DNA of 64,000 nucleotides from Giardia intestinalis (lineage: Eukaryota), in the NCBI GenBank assembly GCA_000002435.2, contig CM018792.1; one strand, written 5' to 3'. A program made the translations under genes and the position numbers. Below the pieces are notes generated by a model. The model searched no databases. It was not told where the DNA came from and was given only the letters and a program-made list of their open reading frames with translations. Below, piece by piece: positions 17,134 to 25,368 of this stretch. Each line of letters opens with the position of its first letter. Position 1 is the stretch's first letter.

Positions 17134-18378
17134 ATGGCCACCTCAGCCGTGACTACAACGGCTTGTCCTGGCGAAGACTTGCTCACCGAGCTGACTAGTG
17201 GGGTTCTGCTGGACGTAGATGTGGGCCACAAGTGGTCTGAGCTATCTACATCTATAGCGCCCGAACTTGTAGAGAAGGCTTTGCCTGTTCTGCTGGCCAC
17301 GACTCCTTCTCCGGCCCTGCCAGTAGTTCGGATAGCTTCTTTGGCACAGGAGATAATTGCACATTATCTAGCAGAGACAGTAGATTATTCTACAACCGTC
17401 CACCTCCAGGAGCAGCTAGAAAAGTGGGGCAGGCAGCATAATCTTGAGTTTGTTTCTACCAGGGCCGTACAGGACCAGGTAGACGGCCTTCTACGCATGG
17501 AAAACATGCACACTTGGGTAAAAGCGGCCTCGATGATTGATAGTTTGATAACAGAGGCTCGGGGCCGAGACCCTTCGGCCGCTCTAATTAGGACACACCT
17601 CCTGGCTGCAGAGACGTTCACACGAATAAAGCATTATAGCAAGGCCCGATCTTACATGATGTCTGCACGCGCCATGAACATCAAACTCTCCCCAGAGATG
17701 CACGCTCGCATGGACGCAGTCTCTGGATGCGTTTGCATATGTAGCGATGACTACGCGGGTGCTGCAGGTTACTATCAAGAGGCATCCAACTTAGGGTATC
17801 CCTGTGTTTCGCAGCTCCTTCTGGTCAAGACACTCCAGAGACGTTTCTTCGAGGTAGACGCAGTTCTGCAGAATAGACGGAAGTACGCGACCCCAGAGAA
17901 GATCGCCCGTTTCCCTCAGTGGATGGTAGACGCAGACAATGCAATCTTACCCAAGATTCGGAAGCTGGGGATACTCCTTGATGGGAAGCTTAACAAGCTC
18001 CTCCTCGAGCAGCTTAACACGCTAGTGGACGAGGTGCTTGCGGTGAAAAATGCAGCGTTTGAGGTCTACACTGTTATTCAAATTATCAGAAGGTCTGAAA
18101 CACTGAATTTTATTCTGAAGATGCTGCGGCCGTACAAGCGTGTCGAATTGTCACACGTTTCAGGGTTCATTAATATGAGTGAAGAGGAAGCAAAGGAATA
18201 CCTATCCCAGCTCATCATCAACGGCGATCTGCCCTTTGTAATCGAAGAGGGCGCGGGCACTCTAATACGGATTGAAAGAGAACGGACCTCAAACACGGAA
18301 TTTATTGAAGAAGCCACCAAGGCTGTCGACCTCGCAAGTGCGTTACTCACTTCGTGCATCTCCAAGTCTAACATCTAG
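17134..18378 (+). CDS. PCI-domain protein (26S proteasome lid / COP9 signalosome / eIF3 subunit family)
   Basis: C-terminal PCI/winged-helix signature ...LKMLRPYKRVELSHVSGFINMSEEEAKEYLSQLIINGDLPFVIEEGAGTLIRIE preceded by helical repeats. AT-rich promoter ttgatctaaaaaaATG. Confidence 0.55.
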   Translation: MATSAVTTTACPGEDLLTELTSGVLLDVDVGHKWSELSTSIAPELVEKALPVLLATTPSPALPVVRIASLAQEIIAHYLAETVDYSTTVHLQEQLEKWGRQHNLEFVSTRAVQDQVDGLLRMENMHTWVKAASMIDSLITEARGRDPSAALIRTHLLAAETFTRIKHYSKARSYMMSARAMNIKLSPEMHARMDAVSGCVCICSDDYAGAAGYYQEASNLGYPCVSQLLLVKTLQRRFFEVDAVLQNRRKYATPEKIARFPQWMVDADNAILPKIRKLGILLDGKLNKLLLEQLNTLVDEVLAVKNAAFEVYTVIQIIRRSETLNFILKMLRPYKRVELSHVSGFINMSEEEAKEYLSQLIINGDLPFVIEEGAGTLIRIERERTSNTEFIEEATKAVDLASALLTSCISKSNI

Positions 18379-18413
18379 TTGTCCTACGCAGAGGGATGCC
18401 GAGGGTAGTAAAT

Positions 18414-19055
18414 TCATATGATGGTACCGTTGAGCTTACTTGAGCCTGGCTCCCCTTCATTGTCAATAAAGTCTATATTTGTGCCTTGGAGGCTCATTTT
18501 CTTGACGAATGCATCTATCTTCCCCTGGCCTATGACAACTATATTATCGTCTGCATCAAAAAGGAACACCGTGTAAATTGTGCTTATCTTCTCATTTTCA
18601 CATGCAAGTGTCCATACTAGAAAGTAGTCGCCTGCTTCGGTTTGGTACAGCCAGAAGTTCTGAAATCGTAGATCCTCCAGGTCATAGGGACTCTCCACAT
18701 ACTCTGTGAGATCAAAGACTCGTCGATCGCTATAGGCAAAGAGCCGCTCACGGCTTCCTACAATGGCACAATCCCGAGGAAACCGTGCATAGTCTGAGCT
18801 GCGGTAAACAGCGACCCAGGGCTGGTCATATGGATCCAGCTCGGCGAGCATCTGTCGGAGGTCTGCCGTTAAGTCATCAGAAATTACATCCGCAATCTGT
18901 TTAAAGTCATCCCAGGACTCAGACGAGGCTGGGGAGTGGCGACCAGACCCTGTCTTTTCGGCGCCTTCTGTGGCAGTCCTACGCTGCATGATGAGGTGGC
19001 ATGCCAAGTCATCCAGCTGGAAGACGTCATAGTTAGGTGTGAAGTCAAATGGCAT
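18414..19055 (-). CDS. Hypothetical protein (213 aa)
   Basis: ORF with ATG and an AT-rich upstream (cagtttaaaatttacctATG on the - strand). Confidence 0.45.
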   Translation of the reverse strand: MPFDFTPNYDVFQLDDLACHLIMQRRTATEGAEKTGSGRHSPASSESWDDFKQIADVISDDLTADLRQMLAELDPYDQPWVAVYRSSDYARFPRDCAIVGSRERLFAYSDRRVFDLTEYVESPYDLEDLRFQNFWLYQTEAGDYFLVWTLACENEKISTIYTVFLFDADDNIVVIGQGKIDAFVKKMSLQGTNIDFIDNEGEPGSSKLNGTII

Positions 19056-19628
19056 AGGTAAATTTTAAACTGTCTTAACACCTTTAATTGTATGAAGCAT
19101 CAACAAAGCTATTTGCTGGAAATAGATTACTAGATGCTGTTGTAGCTGCGTTTGGTGCTATTTCAAGATAGATGATTGCTGCCATGAAACATGTGGTGGA
19201 GCTGGCCGACTAAATGGACAGAGTTAGGGTAAGATTAGATAAGCAAGCCTTCTGTAGAACATCCTATTAGTTCTGTAGCTCACAACAGTAACGTTTGTGC
19301 AGAGGTTATCACATGCCTTTAGTGTTAAGGAGCACACTGTTTTCTGAAGTTACTCTTAACTCGCTACCTCGTGATCTCATTATTCATGTCGTTACTGTTA
19401 CTTTAAACTAGCTTTGAACATAGCCAGCAGCTCTACACACGTTCATAACACGTTACAGAATCTGAATGTATTAATTTACAATCCGATCACTTGATGTATG
19501 CGTAGTGCCTTAATCATCTAGGTGTGAAGATACCGGGTTTAGTGCGAAGCAACAATGATTCTGGTCAATATTTTTTATCAATATACACCAATCTGAATTG
19601 TGACGTTAGTAGATAGAATCTCCAAATA

Positions 19629-20834
19629 CTAGGATTTACTAACTAAAGCAATCTGCAATGATGAACTGACCAAGGATGCTAGCTCAGAGTCTTTGAGTAC
19701 GCGCACGTAACGGACGCTGTAACGGCCCCTAGCTCCTCCCACGAAAGCACTGGGATCTGTTATCAGCCCCTGTATATGAGATGCAAGGGTGCTGGCCACC
19801 ACATCATCAGGCGAGTTAACGTATACGCACGAGCATGTGCCAGTCTTATAAATCACAACTATAGATAAGACCGTATGTGCAGGCCCGATCTTCGTTACGT
19901 CTGATTGAGTCAAGACGCCTAGATCGTGGGTATTAAAAACGGAGAACTCCGTACCCATGCAAAGGCACGTCCCTACTGGTGTTATTAGCGGTATAATTGC
20001 CTTAACAAGGGACTTCTCTTGCGTTTTCAGGACTTTGCCTTCCGCTAAGAGCGCTTCTACACTTTTAGCCACAGCATCGTGTCCAGTTGTGAGACTCGCG
20101 CATATGATCGATAATGTCTTCAGCCGATTATTTATAAGTGAAACGGCTCGGTCACCAACAGCAAACTGCACTTTAACTCCTCCTCTGCTAGACTCGCATC
20201 CAAAAACCTTGACTAGACCACACTCACCCGTATTGCCAGCATGTGTTCCACAACAAAGACATGTATCGACGCCCTCTATATCCACAACCCGCAGTGGAAA
20301 GTTGAGAGATTTGAGCTTGGGCCTCGATAGTTCCGAATACTTTCCAAGTTCCTCTTCCGAATGTATCAAGATGCTCTTCACTGGTATGCACTGTCTAATG
20401 ATATCATTTGCTCGACTTTCTATTTCAAGAAGCTTGTCCATGTCGAGCTTGACACTTAACTCCAGTGTAGAAAGGTCTGGACCCATCGTGTATGAAGACG
20501 TGGTTGCCTGGAAGCATTGCTCTGCAACACCGCTAAGGATATGCTGCCCAGTATGGGATATACTATTTTGTCTACGATACACTTCATTGACGCTGCAATC
20601 CAGTTCTATATCACTCGGAGGAGCCGTGGCCATAAGGTGAAGAGGTCGATGTTCTTCGTCACAACTAGTTGTGATGACAGGAAGGCCTCCAATGGACCCC
20701 ACGTCTCCAAGTTGGCCCCCAGACTGGGGGAAGAAATACGAATGTGACAGGCGCACATAGACATTGTCATTCTTTGCAGGAAGGACGGCTACTAGTTTGG
20801 CAGTGAAGCTCAGGGTAGGACTCAGGTAATCCAT
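19629..20834 (-). CDS. AARSD1: Alanyl-tRNA editing protein (AlaX-L / AARSD1-like; tRNA_SAD domain)
   Basis: N-terminal ...YFFPQSGGQLGDVGSI; the HTGQHIL (HxxxH) and CCGTHAGNTGECG (CxxxH) zinc-site motifs of the AlaRS editing domain. The ORF-track start at 20843 is a GTG; the ATG at 20834 (MDYLSPTL) has an AT-rich upstream. Confidence 0.7.
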   Translation of the reverse strand: MDYLSPTLSFTAKLVAVLPAKNDNVYVRLSHSYFFPQSGGQLGDVGSIGGLPVITTSCDEEHRPLHLMATAPPSDIELDCSVNEVYRRQNSISHTGQHILSGVAEQCFQATTSSYTMGPDLSTLELSVKLDMDKLLEIESRANDIIRQCIPVKSILIHSEEELGKYSELSRPKLKSLNFPLRVVDIEGVDTCLCCGTHAGNTGECGLVKVFGCESSRGGVKVQFAVGDRAVSLINNRLKTLSIICASLTTGHDAVAKSVEALLAEGKVLKTQEKSLVKAIIPLITPVGTCLCMGTEFSVFNTHDLGVLTQSDVTKIGPAHTVLSIVVIYKTGTCSCVYVNSPDDVVASTLASHIQGLITDPSAFVGGARGRYSVRYVRVLKDSELASLVSSSLQIALVSKS

Positions 20835-20839
20835 ATAAT

Positions 20840-22198
20840 TCACTTCTTTTTGGAGTATCTCAAAGCACGGCGTTTCGGATCATCCCACTCTTGAATCCAG
20901 CTATCACGTGTATCAATGAACTCTTGGAGCGTAGCAATTCCGTCCGTTATTGTGGGGGCGACGATGGGATAATATAGTGCCTCAAAGTTTATCTCAACCC
21001 GTTCTGCCTTCGCCTGCTCAATCGCCTGCTCATCCATGGATGTATCTCGCTGAAGATCGCCTTCGTTCTTACCCATTCTGATCAAATTAACAGTCCCTTT
21101 GCCTTCTGCTAGAACCCTGTCGTGCTCAGCGCGGATAAGGGCTGACTTAGAGGAACAGCCCAGTTCTATTATGACCAGTTTCCGCCGGCATCCCCCACGA
21201 GGTTTGGGGGGCTTCTTATTGGCAGGTAGGTACGTGTAGTGATGTCGCAGAATGATGTCCATGGCCTCACCATCTAGCTCAGGCCAAATATCCTTACATA
21301 CTGTTGTATACCATGTCTTTATAGGCGTCGGAAGCTGGCTACCTTTTGGGTTTGCCGGTTTAAGTTGTGGTCGAGCAAGACAGCCACACTGGAGACAACG
21401 AGGGTGTGCGCTGGTGGGCTTTTGTATCCTCTCTATAGATGTGTTGGTAGTTCCAGAGCCTCCATATTTCCGTTTGAAGCTCGTGATAGTGTGTAGGCTC
21501 TGAGGTGCAGGGTCCGATAGATCGCGCCCCTGCCTGATGATTTGGTCTTCGACAAGTAGATTGTCATTGACAGGAAATCGGAACTCTTTGTAAAAGCTCC
21601 AAGGGGTCTTTTGGCACGGGCGAGCGCAAACCCAATTAGTCAGACTTCCATCTAACTCAGTAAAGTTGCTTTTGAAGGTGGGTTCATAGGCTTCTATGGC
21701 CTTCAGCCCATGCCCATCGACACACGTTGTTATTATCTGGTACTTAGCCGGAGGCTTCTTTGCCGACTTAGTATCTCCAACGGGTATGGGTTGTTTGCCC
21801 AAAACGCTATATGCCCAGCCGAGAACTGTAGGGTAGAAGCTTCCAGGATCTATATCCATTATGGAGTTATACTGCGTGCCCCAAAATCCGTAGAACAGAT
21901 TAGGATTGGTAAGCATAAGATTTGCCCCTGGTTTGCCAGAAGCAATGGCTGCTTCGGATACAGTTTCCTCCATGAAGGGACGCGTAGTCACAAAAGCATC
22001 GATGGTCAGATTTTGAGCTCTACAAGCAGGATGAGTCAAGAGAGAAGAAATCGACGGTATTCCTGTTTCTGCTGAAAGCTGGGCGTCCAGATAGATTGCA
22101 ATATAATCAGCATCGTATAGTGCAGAGGCGGCAAATTTGTTAAAGTACTCATTCCTAAGGGCGGGGTCTTCTGGAATGTCTGTCTTCTTCCGGGCCAT
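20840..22198 (-). CDS. Divergent Sir2-family NAD-dependent deacylase-like protein with long insertions
   Basis: LSAETGIP (cf. GAGIS.ESGIPDFR), ITTCVDGHGLKA (cf. TQNIDGLH), a CLQCGC Cys pair and a late LVIIELGCSS strand. Weak, but colinear with the sirtuin core. Confidence 0.4.
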   Translation of the reverse strand: MARKKTDIPEDPALRNEYFNKFAASALYDADYIAIYLDAQLSAETGIPSISSLLTHPACRAQNLTIDAFVTTRPFMEETVSEAAIASGKPGANLMLTNPNLFYGFWGTQYNSIMDIDPGSFYPTVLGWAYSVLGKQPIPVGDTKSAKKPPAKYQIITTCVDGHGLKAIEAYEPTFKSNFTELDGSLTNWVCARPCQKTPWSFYKEFRFPVNDNLLVEDQIIRQGRDLSDPAPQSLHTITSFKRKYGGSGTTNTSIERIQKPTSAHPRCLQCGCLARPQLKPANPKGSQLPTPIKTWYTTVCKDIWPELDGEAMDIILRHHYTYLPANKKPPKPRGGCRRKLVIIELGCSSKSALIRAEHDRVLAEGKGTVNLIRMGKNEGDLQRDTSMDEQAIEQAKAERVEINFEALYYPIVAPTITDGIATLQEFIDTRDSWIQEWDDPKRRALRYSKKK

Positions 22199-22236
22199 TT
22201 TAATTTCAATCGCCGATTGGTTTTAAATATAGTTCA
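22199..22236. promoter_or_regulatory. 38-nt AT-rich bidirectional promoter gap (sirtuin-like / RNB exoribonuclease)
   Basis: The gap between divergent ATGs at 22198 (-) and 22237 (+) is tttaatttcaatcgccgattggttttaaatatagttca. Confidence 0.45.
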
Positions 22237-25200
22237 ATGAGCTTCTTAGAGAAGACCTACAAGCAGGGAATCTCTCGCTCACGAGAATACACCTCGGGGC
22301 TATCGCATGCAACTCCACCAGATTCATCTAATACGTCAGATTCTGAGCTCCGGGACTACTCCGAATCATCCGGGTTTACAAAGTATTGGAGCCTTGAAGA
22401 CGTCAATGGAGCGCTAAAAGAGCATCCAGCCCTGTTCATCAAAGGAAAACTAATAATCCCCAAGAAGTATGGACACGGCACTGTCTATAGCACCTACCAC
22501 AATGCAAACATCCACCTCTCGTCCAAAGTGGCCCTGAATCGCTCCATTCACGACGATGAAGTCCTAGTATTTATCCTAGAGAACCAGATGAGCACATCTA
22601 AAACTATATGTGACTGGAAGCTAGATAACACCCCCACTGACCAAGAACTGGTAATGGTGACCCAACGGTATGAGGGTGTTGTTGTCTATAATTACACTGC
22701 TGTCAAAAATAGGTATCTTTGTTTGCAGTGTAAGCTGCTCCCCAATAGCGGGAATAAAACGACTAAGTTGCTCCATCCTTTGGATCAGCGATACCCAGCA
22801 ATAAGTGTGTCCTTAAAGGATAGCTATCAATCCCATGATATGGTATTCACCGTAGAAGCAACACAATGGCGTTTTTCTGACTCTCATCCACAGGGGCACA
22901 TCCTACCCAACAACCGCAACGGATCAATAAACATACTTAGTCCATGCTTATGTACCACTCCCTTAGATAAGTTGTGCAACCATGTCCTGAGTTCCCAGCA
23001 ACTCCCTTACACCTTTCCCGATCATCATAGCTCGGATCCCTACAAGCCCGTTTACGATTCTGCACTCGCCCAACTAAGCCAACTCTGCAACTTGCCGCAA
23101 GAAGGAGTCACATCCACGCAGTCTCTCTCCAGCGATTACTTTGCTTCGCTCATTGGGAAGTTTAGGACAGAACACTTCAGGAAGGATCTTGAGAGTCTTG
23201 GCCGTCGATCATTTTGTGAAGAGGTAGTCATCACCATAGATCCCGATACTGCCAGAGACTTCGATGACGCTATCCACATTTCGCCGCTTGTTTCCACAGG
23301 AGTTGGACCCGCTATTCGCGTCCCGATTTCAGAGTACTGGAGCAACTATGTCAGTCCTGGCACAAAGAACTATACAGTTGTAGGCTATGAGGTTGGAATC
23401 CACATCGCGGACGCAACATATTATCTGGACCAATCTCCGTGGCTCGACGAAATGGCTCAGAAAACAATGTCTTCTATTTACTTGTCAGATCGAGTGTGCC
23501 CAATGTTGCCACCCCTTTTTTCAAACATCATTTGCTCCTTGAACCCTGCCGTGCCACGCATGGCATTCAGTATCGTTGTCCAGCTTGACGTTGACGGAAG
23601 GCTACTTCCTCAAGAAGTGTGGTTTGGTAAGAGTATTATCTTTTCCTATGCTCGTCTGGATTATTCTGCAGCCCAAAGAATCATCAACAAGGACTTTACA
23701 CCAGATGAGATTTCTAAGACAACAACGTCCATTTTTGGGCTTTGGCCGTGTATTGAAGGGTTCGCTCCGGTCGTCGCTCTAAGTGTTGACCTCAGTAACA
23801 AACTCTCCCTGGCTCTGCGAAAGCTCCGTAAGTCCTATGGGGCACTGCTCATCTCGATGCCTGAGGAGCGCTACGCTATAGATCCAGATACTCTCATTGT
23901 CAGCAGGAAACAGACAGTAGAAGAAGATGAGGCTCACCACCTCATTGAGGAGTTTATGCTGTTGGGGAATTGCCTGGTGGCTCAAAAGTTGATACTCTGT
24001 TTTCCGACCTTGCCGATCCTTCGGATACACCCTACCTGTAAGAAGAGCAAAATATTGACCCAGATTTTGAGGCATAGAAAGCTTCCTCAAATAGATACAA
24101 AGAGCCTGATGCAGACTAATAAATGGCTGGATACCTTGGGGAAGAAAATACAAGAGGATGGTGAGGAGCATGGGGTACAGTTGGCGAACTACTTCTTCTT
24201 GGCGAACTGCCTGCAAAAGGCCATCTACCAGGTAGGATCCACCCATCCCTTTAAATTGCTGACCCACTGGGGGATACACGCTCATCTGTACATGCATTTC
24301 ACATCTCCGATAAGGCGTTATCCGGACGACATAGCCCATCGTCTGCTTCATCTTGGCTTAGCGCTGGAACGTCAAGTATATGCGGATGATCCTCAATACC
24401 ACTGCTCGCAAGCTGCAACCTTCAGACCATATAAATTTGTGATTACTGAGCCCTTGGATATTTATAAGGACCTCCTGTTTCAGCCACCAAAGTCCCTTTT
24501 AAGATTAGCAAAAACGGCATATCACCCTAACACAAATGCAATGAACGTCCAGTCTGGTCCTGACACAATCAGCATGGAAGCTCTCGAAGAGCAGCTTCTT
24601 TCAGAAGGGTTACGAGTCGGTACATCCTTGAAGAGTTTTAGTTTCAAAGCCGTTCTCAAGGATATTGAGCGTCGGTACAATAGCGATAAGAGCTCGATTA
24701 TTCGTTCTGTAGAGGATGTTGAGTCTGACGTTGAGCAACAAGTAGAGCAATCTGCAAAAAAGTCTCCAGTCCAAGCAATTTTTGATCAGATTGAAGCTGA
24801 CATCGCAACCATAGGTTACTCCTTTTCGTCCATAAACACCATGGTTGAAAAGATCAATGCAATCGAGCTGAAGATAGGTATGATAGAGACCATGAACCAT
24901 CGCGCAATGCTTTGTCTTCTAATACAGCAGACACCCGAGTTCAAAAGCAAGGGGGGAATCGATGTCAAAGCATATGTTGTTTCTTCCCAGCTCAACCGTC
25001 TGATTACTCTCTATGTTCCTGCGTACGGGTGCCCCTTCTCAATGACTTATCCGCATGAGCTATTAGATAATCTATCTATTCGTCTCAGAGGGTTTGATAA
25101 AGCTGTTTCAGTTGAAATGCAAAAGGGCCCTCCTCAAGCTGCTGAAAAGGGACTAGTTGATAGAGTTCCTTGTCAAGACTATGACCTTGGGGCTAATGAG

Positions 25201-25326
25201 GGCTCATCGACGAGCGTCTACGTTCTTCCGCTCATGATACCTATTAGTGCTCGCATAGTCCCCGTCTCAAAAGAATTCTACGAGGGAGTCGACCTCCTGC
25301 TCACAGACCCCTCCCTTGCGGAGTAA
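22237..25326 (+). CDS. RNB-domain 3'-5' exoribonuclease (RNase II/R family; Dis3/Dis3L2-like)
   Basis: RNB motifs ITIDPDTARDFDDAIHIS, GIHIADATYYLDQSPWLDEMAQKTMSSIYLSDRVCPMLPP...ICSLNP..RMAFS. Shares an AT-rich bidirectional promoter with the divergent gene at 22198. Confidence 0.8.
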   Translation: MSFLEKTYKQGISRSREYTSGLSHATPPDSSNTSDSELRDYSESSGFTKYWSLEDVNGALKEHPALFIKGKLIIPKKYGHGTVYSTYHNANIHLSSKVALNRSIHDDEVLVFILENQMSTSKTICDWKLDNTPTDQELVMVTQRYEGVVVYNYTAVKNRYLCLQCKLLPNSGNKTTKLLHPLDQRYPAISVSLKDSYQSHDMVFTVEATQWRFSDSHPQGHILPNNRNGSINILSPCLCTTPLDKLCNHVLSSQQLPYTFPDHHSSDPYKPVYDSALAQLSQLCNLPQEGVTSTQSLSSDYFASLIGKFRTEHFRKDLESLGRRSFCEEVVITIDPDTARDFDDAIHISPLVSTGVGPAIRVPISEYWSNYVSPGTKNYTVVGYEVGIHIADATYYLDQSPWLDEMAQKTMSSIYLSDRVCPMLPPLFSNIICSLNPAVPRMAFSIVVQLDVDGRLLPQEVWFGKSIIFSYARLDYSAAQRIINKDFTPDEISKTTTSIFGLWPCIEGFAPVVALSVDLSNKLSLALRKLRKSYGALLISMPEERYAIDPDTLIVSRKQTVEEDEAHHLIEEFMLLGNCLVAQKLILCFPTLPILRIHPTCKKSKILTQILRHRKLPQIDTKSLMQTNKWLDTLGKKIQEDGEEHGVQLANYFFLANCLQKAIYQVGSTHPFKLLTHWGIHAHLYMHFTSPIRRYPDDIAHRLLHLGLALERQVYADDPQYHCSQAATFRPYKFVITEPLDIYKDLLFQPPKSLLRLAKTAYHPNTNAMNVQSGPDTISMEALEEQLLSEGLRVGTSLKSFSFKAVLKDIERRYNSDKSSIIRSVEDVESDVEQQVEQSAKKSPVQAIFDQIEADIATIGYSFSSINTMVEKINAIELKIGMIETMNHRAMLCLLIQQTPEFKSKGGIDVKAYVVSSQLNRLITLYVPAYGCPFSMTYPHELLDNLSIRLRGFDKAVSVEMQKGPPQAAEKGLVDRVPCQDYDLGANEGSSTSVYVLPLMIPISARIVPVSKEFYEGVDLLLTDPSLAE

Positions 25327-25368
25327 ACATCGACAACCTGAAGCAAAACAGGACATTCACACTGGTAT

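Noticed and set aside
19056-19628. Candidate box C/D snoRNA (AGATGATTG C-box-like at ~19150)
   Set aside because: No D box (CTGA) lies at an appropriate distance with terminal stem pairing. It was not supportable by eye and is kept only as a generic ncRNA-candidate region.
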